A stretch of 64,000 nucleotides of DNA, from positions 32,001 through 96,000 of IMG/VR virus record IMGVR_UViG_3300042398_000969; one strand, written 5' to 3'. Both the position numbers and the translations under genes were made by a program. Shown here piece by piece: positions 30,032 through 39,568 of this stretch. The DNA is from a virus. The notes below the pieces were generated by a model. It ran no database searches. It was not told where the DNA came from and saw only the letters and a list, made by a program, of their open reading frames with translations. The stretch's first letter is position 1. Each line of letters starts with the position of its first letter.

Positions 30032-30630
30032 AATAGTTTTTTTGTTTTTATGTTATTTTTATTTAACACATATGATAACGCAGCACCTTCTCCACTACCG
30101 ATGATACCTTTATCACCCTCATGTAGTATACTTAACGTTTCAAATATAGGTTTTAATAATTCTAGTTCACAAATTAATTGTGTTGCAGGTAATGATTTAG
30201 GTAAGTAAATAAAATTTTCTTTAATTGTTTCACTATCTAAATGGATATCATCAATCATATCCTTAAACATACCAAATCTAACATCATCAAGATCTTTTAA
30301 TGTTCTTTTTGGCCAGTTTTCTAAGTATACAACAAATTTTTCATTCGGATTAATCTCTTTAATCCAATATAATAAATTATCATTAAATAACTCATCAGCA
30401 TCGATATATAAAACATCCTCTCTATACTCTTCCACTATCCTTAACGCGTGTAATATTTTATCAAAATATGAGAATATTTTATTCTTATATTCTACTGTCA
30501 AAACATCGGTAAACATATCTACATTGTTTGTTAACACAATGGAATCATTTTTAAATGATCCATTTCTACTCAAAAAATCGCTTAAGATTTTTGAATATGA
30601 TAACCCAACTGAAACAAACGCGTACTTCAT
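30028..30630 (-). CDS. DxD glycosyltransferase-like protein
   Basis: VLTN, FSYFDK, YIDAD, GSGEG; paralog of 32196..32921. Confidence 0.55.
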   Translation of the reverse strand: MKYAFVSVGLSYSKILSDFLSRNGSFKNDSIVLTNNVDMFTDVLTVEYKNKIFSYFDKILHALRIVEEYREDVLYIDADELFNDNLLYWIKEINPNEKFVVYLENWPKRTLKDLDDVRFGMFKDMIDDIHLDSETIKENFIYLPKSLPATQLICELELLKPIFETLSILHEGDKGIIGSGEGAALSYVLNKNNIKTKKLL

Positions 30631-31475
30631 TATATTGCAATTATGTTTTTAATTAAATTATCCCAAGGTCTATATGATCTGTATCTACCCTCGCATTTCT
30701 CAAACATAAATTCCGGATTATTTAGATCTAGTCTAAATCTACTTTTTCTTAATTGATCATACATTAATTTATATTCTTGTGAATACGCATATTCTTGTTT
30801 AAGATTAGCAACTGCTTGTATTCTTTCTATTGATGTTGCGTCCCACTTAAAATGGTGAACCTGAACATACGAATGTTGATTAATTAATGGGTGATTCCAA
30901 CCCTGCCATCTCCAAGTTGTTTCACCGTTTATTTTTGCATAATGCTGACCAGACGTTAGTTCAATGTGACCTTTCATCACACAAACTTTATTAGGGCAAG
31001 CCTTACTCATTGGGTACCTAAAGAATCCCGCATTTGGAAATTGATCGAATAAAGAAACATCTGGTATTATTTCAGAGAACTCACCATTCTCACCAATTCT
31101 GTCTATGAATCCACCTCTAACTAATTGATAACCAAACTTTTCGCAGTTATCCACCAGATAACGTAAATTATCATTCGGATATAAATGAAGTTCGTCGATA
31201 TCAGCAATTACCCACCAGTCATTTGGTTTTTGTGATTTAATAAAATTGTATAATTTGGTAACCTTATCCCAATCAAATATTCTATCTTTGATTACTTTGA
31301 TAATCTTTACATTATCTTGATTACCAATGATTTGTGAAACATCAATGGATAATTGTGGATACATATCCGTTTCATAAACAGCAATATTAATCTCATCAAC
31401 ATATTGTTGATAATGCTTTATAAAATGTGGAAGTAAAGTAGTTCCGTGACCAATAACTGTTAAAAGCCTAATCAT
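30630..31475 (-). CDS. GT-A (GT2-like) glycosyltransferase
   Basis: LPHFIKHY, WWVIADIDE, GGFIDR, GQH, VHHFKW. Confidence 0.75.
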   Translation of the reverse strand: MIRLLTVIGHGTTLLPHFIKHYQQYVDEINIAVYETDMYPQLSIDVSQIIGNQDNVKIIKVIKDRIFDWDKVTKLYNFIKSQKPNDWWVIADIDELHLYPNDNLRYLVDNCEKFGYQLVRGGFIDRIGENGEFSEIIPDVSLFDQFPNAGFFRYPMSKACPNKVCVMKGHIELTSGQHYAKINGETTWRWQGWNHPLINQHSYVQVHHFKWDATSIERIQAVANLKQEYAYSQEYKLMYDQLRKSRFRLDLNNPEFMFEKCEGRYRSYRPWDNLIKNIIAI

Positions 31476-32217
31476 ATCTCCTGTTAATAATGGTTATACC
31501 ACTTGATGATGGTTTATCCATTAATATACGGAAATTGTGTAAATTAATCAAGTTCCAGGCCGGATTTTTTTGTAGTTCTTTGACTAACCTACTAGGGCCA
31601 TCAAACCTGTGGTGATCTTTTTTTGCGTCTTCTGAAATGATTAACGTTTCTTCGTACTGATCGTCAGTATCATGAAGAATGATGACACCCTTTGGTGACA
31701 ATATTGTTGAATATAAATCAAAGTCTTGTTTAACACCCTCATATGAGTGGTCCCCATCGATAAATAATAAATCTATTTTAATATCCTGTCTAATAAAAAA
31801 ATCATGATACGCGTCGAGAGAAGTTGATTTAATAAATCTCGGATAAAAATTCTTGCGGTAGAATGAATCTTCATTATCCAAATCGTTAGGGCCACCGATG
31901 CCATTGCAAGCATCAACAACGTAAGTAGACCCAATGTCACCCCAGTTATAGTCTCCATTTCCTTCAAATATATTTTGTTTATGTAAATCAATTCTAGCTT
32001 GTGTCATGATTCTAGGTATAAATCCACCACCAGACCCAATACAAACGCATACCTTGGTTCTCATCTGTTGAATCAATGAATATACAACAATACCATCACC
32101 GATATGAAGATCGGTTGCACCGTGTGTCCAACGATATGGTACCGGTTCATCACCATTGTTGGTGATATTGTTTTTTATAAATTCATTATTACTTATCATC
32201 TCATCCATCTTGGCCAC
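31468..32217 (-). CDS. Class I SAM methyltransferase (Methyltransf_24-like)
   Basis: IGSGGG, LFIDGDHSYEGV, GVIILHD; the true start may be a downstream Met. Confidence 0.8.
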   Translation of the reverse strand: MAKMDEMISNNEFIKNNITNNGDEPVPYRWTHGATDLHIGDGIVVYSLIQQMRTKVCVCIGSGGGFIPRIMTQARIDLHKQNIFEGNGDYNWGDIGSTYVVDACNGIGGPNDLDNEDSFYRKNFYPRFIKSTSLDAYHDFFIRQDIKIDLLFIDGDHSYEGVKQDFDLYSTILSPKGVIILHDTDDQYEETLIISEDAKKDHHRFDGPSRLVKELQKNPAWNLINLHNFRILMDKPSSSGITIINRRYD

Positions 32218-32921
32218 TGACTTTGTGGTGTATGTCTTCTACTTATACTTATCATCTTACCTTCTAATAACTTATACAATTCAATGTCTCTTTCTATTTC
32301 AATATTAGTAGACTTACAACTTATTTGTATTGATATACCTTCTCCGGCACCACTAATTTCTTTTTTTAATGGAAGATCCGAATATTCTTTTACTAGTTGT
32401 AGTTTTTCATAATAATAGTAAAATGATTCCATATCAAATCCATCTTTATTAATCACTAAAAAATATTCCCACATTGTTTCAAGATTAAAAAATGGTGGAT
32501 ATAATTTAGATGCATATTCGACATATGGTTTCCACTCAGGATTTGTTTCATTAAGTAATTCTTTTACAATTCCTTTTTTTGCACTATGATTCAATAAAGT
32601 ATCGATGTACGAAACTCCCTTTTTGAAACTATATGTTTTTAATAATTCTAAGAATGTATAATCTGTGACGTGGGTATCAGCATCAAGTAAGATGCAAATG
32701 TCATGATTTTTTAAGATGTATTTTGGTAATATCATCTTGTCTGAATATGATTTTAAGTTCCTATCATATTGAATTGTTGTAACATCAGTAAACTCCTCAG
32801 GTTTATCTGTAAGTACATACACAGATAACCCAACACTTAATAAATGTTTGATTTTTTCTTTAGTTCCTCTGTAATAGTAATCTTGACCAAAGCAAAATAT
32901 TCCAAATCCTATGTTATTCAT
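32196..32921 (-). CDS. DxD glycosyltransferase-like protein
   Basis: VLTD, SYSDK, LLDAD, GAGEG. Confidence 0.55.
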   Translation of the reverse strand: MNNIGFGIFCFGQDYYYRGTKEKIKHLLSVGLSVYVLTDKPEEFTDVTTIQYDRNLKSYSDKMILPKYILKNHDICILLDADTHVTDYTFLELLKTYSFKKGVSYIDTLLNHSAKKGIVKELLNETNPEWKPYVEYASKLYPPFFNLETMWEYFLVINKDGFDMESFYYYYEKLQLVKEYSDLPLKKEISGAGEGISIQISCKSTNIEIERDIELYKLLEGKMISISRRHTPQSQWPRWMR

Positions 32922-32926
32922 AGGTG

Positions 32927-32948
32927 TAATATAAGAAAAAAAAATAAA
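32927..32948 (-). promoter_or_regulatory. T-tract...TATATTA putative promoter at the head of the enzyme island
   Basis: TTTATTTTTTTTTCTTATATTA ends 5 nt before the ATG at 32921. Confidence 0.45.
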
Positions 32949-33542
32949 TTAGTAAACTCCCAGATACATTCCGGTAAATAATTGATAATCGGAATAAAGT
33001 CGACCTACACCACCACCCCAATATGGTCTAATACTAACATAATCGCCAACAGATAAATAAATTATGGCATGTACGTGGATTCCATCTACGTGGTTGGCAA
33101 CCGCTCCGTGACCATAAATATTGTATGGTGTTCCACCTTGGTTAAATGCTTCAGATCCATTTTTATTTAATAAATAATGAATATAACCAGATGTACTATT
33201 GTTATCATTATAGTAATATGATTGAGCATAAAAATAATAGTTTCCCTCTAATGGTGCAGTATATCTACCGGTACTATTATTAAAACCATATGAACCCGCG
33301 CCAGTTTGTGTTGATGTCCAACCTAATTGACTCCCCATTTCTCTCCATGCTGTTCCACCAAGACTAGATGAATAAATCCATGTTGCTGCGGTTCCTGTTG
33401 CATAAAATGATGGTTGACCGGCAGCCCGTAAACTATTAGCAACGGTTAGGTTTCCATTTAATGTAAATCCATCACCAAAAGCACCTGTGTTTTGATTAAT
33501 GGTTGATTCTGAGTATGTTGCTGAGCCTACATATATTGCCAT
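32949..33542 (-). CDS. C1q-domain protein
   Basis: PSFYA, TGRYTAPLEGNYYF, YLSVGDYV, FTGMYL. Confidence 0.75.
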   Translation of the reverse strand: MAIYVGSATYSESTINQNTGAFGDGFTLNGNLTVANSLRAAGQPSFYATGTAATWIYSSSLGGTAWREMGSQLGWTSTQTGAGSYGFNNSTGRYTAPLEGNYYFYAQSYYYNDNNSTSGYIHYLLNKNGSEAFNQGGTPYNIYGHGAVANHVDGIHVHAIIYLSVGDYVSIRPYWGGGVGRLYSDYQLFTGMYLGVY

Positions 33543-33544
33543 AA

Positions 33545-34126
33545 TTAACTAATTAAATAACCACAAAATAATGTGTAACTACCATAAAGACGGCCAATAT
33601 TTCCACCCCAATAAGGAATAATACTAGCATAGTCACCAACACCTAAATTAAATATTGCTGACATGTTTATACCATCTGAGTGATTCGCCAATTCTCCATG
33701 ACCATAGATATTATATGGTGTTCTACCATTGTTCCATGTAACATTACCATTTCTAGCCAATTGATAATGAATATAACCTGAGGTACTATTACTATCAATA
33801 TTATAATACGTTGAGGTATGAAAATAATAATTTCCAGCAACGGGTGCCGTGTATCTACCAGTAGATGTACTAAAACCATAAGACCCCGCACCTTGTTGAG
33901 TTACTCCCCATCCCATTGGTGAACCTAATTCTCTCCAAGCACCTCCTCCACCGAAAGATGCTGGATACAACCAAGCACCACTTCCATTTGCATGAAATGC
34001 GGGTTGAACACCTATCGTTGTTTTATAAGTTGATGGCAAAAAAAGGTTATTCGATATGGCCAATTGACCACCCGCACCAGTTATTTGATTTGCCTCATAT
34101 GTTGTACCACCTAAATAAATTGGCAT
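33545..34126 (-). CDS. C1q-domain protein
   Basis: PAFHA, TGRYTAPVAGNYYF, LGVGDY, FCGYLI. Confidence 0.75.
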   Translation of the reverse strand: MPIYLGGTTYEANQITGAGGQLAISNNLFLPSTYKTTIGVQPAFHANGSGAWLYPASFGGGGAWRELGSPMGWGVTQQGAGSYGFSTSTGRYTAPVAGNYYFHTSTYYNIDSNSTSGYIHYQLARNGNVTWNNGRTPYNIYGHGELANHSDGINMSAIFNLGVGDYASIIPYWGGNIGRLYGSYTLFCGYLIS

Positions 34127-34410
34127 TATGCAAAAGGGTTTGTATTGTATCCACCGTCAACATCAGGTTGGAATTGGGCGTCTCTTTCTTCCGCCGACAT
34201 TATATCTGCAGCTAAAACAATTTCTTCTTTTGTCCCTGATATTGTTTGACCCGCTGCCAATTTTTTCTGAACTTCCGCATTTACAATTTCTTCGATTGCA
34301 CTTTGACATCTTGCGTTAACAAAATTTTCAATCCAATCTTGTGGGTCTTTTGCTACCCATCTTAGAGCCTTTTCTTGTGCGTCTGTTAATGTTACTGTGT
34401 ATTGTGCCAT
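34126..34410 (-). CDS. Small protein, possible fibre assembly chaperone (paralog of 47830..48096)
   Basis: YTVTLT...KAL.WVA.D...WIEN....R...AIEE...TKEEIV pattern shared with 47830..48096; both lie directly downstream of a C1q gene. Confidence 0.55.
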   Translation of the reverse strand: MAQYTVTLTDAQEKALRWVAKDPQDWIENFVNARCQSAIEEIVNAEVQKKLAAGQTISGTKEEIVLAADIMSAEERDAQFQPDVDGGYNTNPFA

Positions 34411-34439
34411 GTTTTTCTTTTTTTATAAATATAAATAAT

Positions 34440-35033
34440 TTATCCGATTTTCCAACACCAAAATGCACTATGTGCTGGATATATTCTGGTATCGTTGGTA
34501 TTGATGTATATTCTTTGGTCTACATAATCACCTGAATTAAGATACATAACTCCCGAAATGTTTATTCCATCAGGATAGTTTGCCGCTGCTCCATATGTGT
34601 AAATGGTATAAGGGGTGTTCCCATTATTCCAACCAAGAGATCCGTTTCTTGCAAATTGGGGGTGTATGTAACCCGCTCCCGTGTTATATGGTGCCGATAT
34701 ATCGTTTAACATATAGTGACTCATCATGAAATGATAATAACCATTACTCGGTGCTGTGAATCTACCCGTACTAGTACTAAAATTAGAACCTCTATCTACT
34801 GCCGACCATCCCATTCTTGAATCTAAGACTTGCCAAGTACCTGGCCCGTTCCAACCTGAACTGTTTGGATATCTCCAATCATAAACACCTCCTTGTGCTC
34901 TTACTAATGACTCAGGTCTACCTTTTCTAACCCAACCCGCCATTGATAAATGCGTGCTAGGTAATGTTAGTGTTCCAGATGTCGGCGTGAATGCACTTTC
35001 AGAATATGTTGAACCTCCAATATCTAATGGCAT
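34440..35033 (-). CDS. C1q-domain protein
   Basis: TGRFTAPSNGYYHF, YLNSGDYV; WNNG.TPY.IY shared with the neighbouring C1q proteins. Confidence 0.75.
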   Translation of the reverse strand: MPLDIGGSTYSESAFTPTSGTLTLPSTHLSMAGWVRKGRPESLVRAQGGVYDWRYPNSSGWNGPGTWQVLDSRMGWSAVDRGSNFSTSTGRFTAPSNGYYHFMMSHYMLNDISAPYNTGAGYIHPQFARNGSLGWNNGNTPYTIYTYGAAANYPDGINISGVMYLNSGDYVDQRIYINTNDTRIYPAHSAFWCWKIG

Positions 35034-35034
35034 A

Positions 35035-38000
35035 TTAAATTATTTCTGTTAAATCTATTTTGAACTTCTTACCATTCTTATTGTTAATAATATATAAGTT
35101 TTCATTACCTTCCTGTATTGTCCAGTTACCTGTTGTTCCATCTATTTCGTTTCCGCCTTCTTTACCTTCATTACTTAGGTGTAAGTCGTTGGTATATAAG
35201 TTAGCCCATCTAAGCGATGCGTTACCTAAATTGTATGAATTGTTTGCAGATGGTAATAAATTCGTGTGGCTTCTAACGTTACCATCACTAGCACCAATCG
35301 AAAATAATACACTACTTAAATCTTCATTATTATAGAAACGAATACCACCATACCCAGGCTGTGCTCCCATACGAATACCTGTATGCCATCTTAAATCTAA
35401 TTTATTATAGTTACCACCATAATCTTCCATGTTGGTACCAATATAATAATTTCCTTGAGCGTCTGCATCACCACCACCAAACATTAATCTTACACCACCA
35501 GCGATTGCATTATATGCATTTGCCGAATAATTACCACCGATAACCAAATAACCACTTGTAACAGCATTACTTGATAAAGTACCGGTACTACCTGCGGTTG
35601 TTGCAGATGTTGCGGTTGATGCGTTACCTATAAAATTACCACTATTATCGATGTAAGATACATCGGTTCCATTTCTTCTAAACTGAACAATTCTATCTGA
35701 AGAACTGTCAGCAACTATGTACCATCTATTGGCATGATATTGTATTTTTCCTTGTACACCAGGATCACCTGTCCAACTAGAAGAAGCGTTACTTCTGATA
35801 TCAGAACTAGTAATTGTTATAGCACCCGCGCCTCCTGTAAATGTTTTTGCCCCACCGATACTTTGGTCACCAACAGTATAAACTCCGTTTGTTACCGTTC
35901 CAGCATTTCCAGATACACTTGTTTGGTCACCTGTGTTAGTTCCTGAAGAAGACCCACTAAAATTTGCTGCAGCCCAGTTACCACTATCATCACAATATGC
36001 TCCCCACGATCCAGCTTGAGTTAAGAAACCAATCCGGTTAGAGTTACAATGTATTTCGCGTTGTCCCTCATCAGAATCACTCATGTAAATAGAACTAGAT
36101 GTACCAGCCCCAGTTACTGTAAGATATCCACCTACCGTTACACTACCACTACTTGATAAAAATGCACCCGTATTTTGATAAGCGGCAGAACCAAGACCTA
36201 AAAAAGATTGTACTTTAGCTGCAGTTGCAGACCGGTGATAGTTATCACCGAACTTAGCCATGATATGGGTTATAGTACCTGTACTTATATCATCGGTTGT
36301 GTTTACATAACCACCTAAGAAATAACGTGCATATAAATCACCACTACCATCTCTATATGCTATTGTGTTAGCAGTAGCGGCTGCTGTTGGATTATTGAAT
36401 CCTGATATAGAACCTGCAGTTGTTGCACTTGACACAGATTGTGAACCAATATTACCTGAATCAATAATCGTTTTCCAAGCTTGTGATGTGTTAATCGCTG
36501 TAGCATTAAAGCTTCTATAAAAAATTGTTCCTGTTGAATTAAAACCTAATTGACTATAGTAATTACCTGGATGTCTATTAAATGTTATAATACTATTTGA
36601 ATTATCACCTGTTGAAAATAATCCTGTCTCACTACTAACAATTGGAGAACTATGTATTAAAGTTCCACTACCCGCTTGCGTTGTTAATGTGCCAGATGCA
36701 GAAAGTGTTGGTGTGCTACTAGCTGTTGAAGCGTTACCACTTAATGCTCCAGTAAATGTTGTTGCACTTACTGTTGAGAATGTTGGTGTTGAGGTTGTTA
36801 ATACCGCTTGATTTAAATAGGTACCAAATCCTGTTGTTGATGACAATGTAATTTGTGAAGAACCTGATACTAAACCGGATGGTATACTACTAATTGATCC
36901 GAATGTTATTTGAGACGAACCCGATACTATACCAGATGGAATACTCGATAAACTACCATATGTAATTTGACTAGACCCAGATACAACACCATCTGCATTC
37001 ATTTTAGTTTTTACACCACTTGTAAAAGTTGCTGATGTTGTATCAAGACTAATTGTCCGTGTTGCTGATATGTCACCACCTCCACTCAAACCATTACCAG
37101 CACTAATTGATACTGCTGTGTGGTCAATATGTCTATTTGCAACATAATTTGTTGTTGCGTTATGATCAATTTGAGATGAACCAGAAACTATTGTTGTTCC
37201 GGTTGAAGTAATAGTACCGTTAATAACTGTATTAGATAAAATAGTTACCGTTGTTCCATTATCACTAATATTACTATCACCCAAATGTTCCGCATTAACA
37301 GCTTTAAGTAATCTATTATTTGTTGGGAACGCTTCATTACCTAAATTATTATACGTTTGTGGCCCCATCAATAATATTGATGATGTAACCGTTGTTTGAT
37401 TTTGGTGTACAAATATCCATTGGTCGTTTATTGAGTCAAATAAGATTGATCCAGACACTTGTGGTGACGAACCACTATCTATTACAGCAAGACCACCAAA
37501 TCTAATACTTGGGTTTTGCGCGTTAACTGTGATAATATTATCGGCGATGTTTACCACCGATGAACTGATGTGTTGTATCGATGATGAACCGGCAATAATT
37601 AAATCTTGTGAAACATATAGTGAACCAGTAATCGTTTGATTACCTTGAAAAATATTACTTCCTGTTGTTGCGTAACTACCTGTTTTTCCTTCAATAGAGG
37701 TTACTCTACCTTGAATGTTTGATGTTGTTGTAGCAACAGAAGAACTTAATGATCCAATGCTTGAACTTAGTCCTGATGTTGTTGTTGCAACTGAAGAACT
37801 TAAACTTGTAATCGTTGATGTTAAACCGCTGGTTGTTGTTGCAACTGATGAAGATAAACTTCCAATACTACTTGTTAAAGAAGAACTTAAATCATTTGTA
37901 GTTGTTGCAACTGATGAAGATAAACTTCCAATAGATGTACTAACAGAAGAACTAAAAGTATTATATCCGGTTGTTCCTGTTATGTTAACCTGAACACTAC

Positions 38001-39135
38001 CTGATATGACATTTTCAGCGTCTAATTTACTTTTAATAGTTGTATTAATTGAACTAGTAAATGAATTTAAACTACCTGTTGATGTCTCAATTGAATCAAC
38101 TCTATTTTTTAAATTTAATGTTGTTGTTGCAACTGAAGAACTAAGTTCACCAAAACTACTTGTTAAAGATGAACTTAACATTGTTATTGTTGAAGTTATC
38201 CCACTAGTAGTTGTTGCAACTGACCCACTAAGATTATTAATACTATTTGAAATACTTGAACTAAACGTTGAATATCCGGTTGTACCGGTTATATTAACTT
38301 GTGCGGAACCAGATATTACAGATTCAGTATCTAATTTAGATTTAATTGTTGTATTGATGGATGAAGTAAAACTATTTAAACTTCCACTACTTGTTTCTAA
38401 CGCATTTAATCTATTTTCTTGATTTAAATCAGTTGTTGCAATTGAACTTGATAAACTTCCAATACTACTTGTTAAAGATGAACTTAAACTTGTTACCGTT
38501 GATGTTAAACCGCTGGTTGTTGTTGCAATACTTGAACTAAATGTATCATACCCCGTTGTTCCTGTTAATACTACTTGTGCACTACCAGAAATAACATTAT
38601 CACCATCTAATTTTGATTTGATTGTTGTGTTAATAGAAGAAGTAAAACTATTTAAACTTCCTGTTGATGTCTCAAGTGCGGTTACTCTGCTATTATTACT
38701 TGATGTATATGATTGGAATGTTGTTTCATCCAATTTACCTGTACCAATTGCAACACCATTTAATGATATTGATCCACTAATCTGAACAGACCCAGTAAAT
38801 TTGTGGGTATCCATCACATCGTCACCAAATGCGGATGAACCACTAGCAAAACTGGTGGTCATGTAAGTTACTGATGAACTTACAATATATTCGTTAGCAA
38901 TTAAAGCCCCACTAACTGATAAATTACCTTGAATTTGGGTATTTTTATTAACAGTGAATCCTGATGTGGTAATAGATGCTGTAGCGTCTCCACTAGCAAT
39001 TTGTGATAGGTTTAAGCCGGTTACTCCGGAAGCTTGAATTCCGAATAAACCTGAACCATCACCAACAAATGAGCCAGTAAAGGCTGAGGCCGTAACTGAC
39101 CCCGAAATATTGAATAACGAACCGTATAATTCCAT
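35035..39135 (-). CDS. Long Ser/Thr-rich tail fibre-like protein
   Basis: SSSVATTTSGL/SSSIGSL coiled-coil-type repeats, VSGSSQI repeats, C-terminal LYTNDLHLSN...DGTTGNWTIQEG domain. Confidence 0.8.
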   Translation of the reverse strand: MELYGSLFNISGSVTASAFTGSFVGDGSGLFGIQASGVTGLNLSQIASGDATASITTSGFTVNKNTQIQGNLSVSGALIANEYIVSSSVTYMTTSFASGSSAFGDDVMDTHKFTGSVQISGSISLNGVAIGTGKLDETTFQSYTSSNNSRVTALETSTGSLNSFTSSINTTIKSKLDGDNVISGSAQVVLTGTTGYDTFSSSIATTTSGLTSTVTSLSSSLTSSIGSLSSSIATTDLNQENRLNALETSSGSLNSFTSSINTTIKSKLDTESVISGSAQVNITGTTGYSTFSSSISNSINNLSGSVATTTSGITSTITMLSSSLTSSFGELSSSVATTTLNLKNRVDSIETSTGSLNSFTSSINTTIKSKLDAENVISGSVQVNITGTTGYNTFSSSVSTSIGSLSSSVATTTNDLSSSLTSSIGSLSSSVATTTSGLTSTITSLSSSVATTTSGLSSSIGSLSSSVATTTSNIQGRVTSIEGKTGSYATTGSNIFQGNQTITGSLYVSQDLIIAGSSSIQHISSSVVNIADNIITVNAQNPSIRFGGLAVIDSGSSPQVSGSILFDSINDQWIFVHQNQTTVTSSILLMGPQTYNNLGNEAFPTNNRLLKAVNAEHLGDSNISDNGTTVTILSNTVINGTITSTGTTIVSGSSQIDHNATTNYVANRHIDHTAVSISAGNGLSGGGDISATRTISLDTTSATFTSGVKTKMNADGVVSGSSQITYGSLSSIPSGIVSGSSQITFGSISSIPSGLVSGSSQITLSSTTGFGTYLNQAVLTTSTPTFSTVSATTFTGALSGNASTASSTPTLSASGTLTTQAGSGTLIHSSPIVSSETGLFSTGDNSNSIITFNRHPGNYYSQLGFNSTGTIFYRSFNATAINTSQAWKTIIDSGNIGSQSVSSATTAGSISGFNNPTAAATANTIAYRDGSGDLYARYFLGGYVNTTDDISTGTITHIMAKFGDNYHRSATAAKVQSFLGLGSAAYQNTGAFLSSSGSVTVGGYLTVTGAGTSSSIYMSDSDEGQREIHCNSNRIGFLTQAGSWGAYCDDSGNWAAANFSGSSSGTNTGDQTSVSGNAGTVTNGVYTVGDQSIGGAKTFTGGAGAITITSSDIRSNASSSWTGDPGVQGKIQYHANRWYIVADSSSDRIVQFRRNGTDVSYIDNSGNFIGNASTATSATTAGSTGTLSSNAVTSGYLVIGGNYSANAYNAIAGGVRLMFGGGDADAQGNYYIGTNMEDYGGNYNKLDLRWHTGIRMGAQPGYGGIRFYNNEDLSSVLFSIGASDGNVRSHTNLLPSANNSYNLGNASLRWANLYTNDLHLSNEGKEGGNEIDGTTGNWTIQEGNENLYIINNKNGKKFKIDLTEII

Positions 39136-39151
39136 TAATTTATAGTTTAAC

Positions 39152-39159
39152 TATAAATA
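39152..39159 (-). promoter_or_regulatory. TATTTATA putative late-promoter motif
   Basis: AAGTATTTATA upstream of the ATG at 39135. Confidence 0.55.
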
Positions 39160-39189
39160 CTTGAGATATCGGTTATGGGGCGATATTAT

Positions 39190-39552
39190 TTAAGGTATGA
39201 TCAGTTCTAATGAACCATCCCAAGGATCTGGATTCTCTTGATTTGACCAATCTCTGACCGCATCAATGAAAATACCCATTTTTGTAACCTTTTCTGTGTC
39301 ATTTTCTCTAAGTATATTTGATTGCTTCCATGATGGATAATATTTGAAAATATGTTCCTGAGCAAATTCATTTATTTCAGATTGTTCCCATTCAATATAA
39401 AGTTCTTCATCTGTTTTTGTGTAAACTAAAACAGGTGGGTCTTGATTAAAATCATACACTTGTTTAAGATGTAATAAATCATCTTTACAGGTTATACCTT
39501 TATTTTCTTTTGTACCATTCCATATACAAAGTCCGTATTCTATAATTTTCAT
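39190..39552 (-). CDS. Small protein, possible tail-fibre assembly protein
   Basis: YYPSWKQSN...FIDAVR pattern; position within the fibre array. Confidence 0.5.
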   Translation of the reverse strand: MKIIEYGLCIWNGTKENKGITCKDDLLHLKQVYDFNQDPPVLVYTKTDEELYIEWEQSEINEFAQEHIFKYYPSWKQSNILRENDTEKVTKMGIFIDAVRDWSNQENPDPWDGSLELIIP

Positions 39553-39568
39553 ATTAATATATTTTAAA

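Noticed and set aside
6373-31991. Short nested ORFs in the enzyme island (6373, 6386, 9834, 9956, 10446, 11867, 12021, 15790, 25622, 26332, 27955, 29294, 31773)
   Set aside because: They overlap well-supported genes and have no recognisable features.
2412-32921. Bacterial capsule/O-antigen locus
   Set aside because: No Wzx/Wzy/ABC exporter, initiating transferase or NDP-sugar synthesis genes were recognised, and the island is embedded among phage fibre genes.
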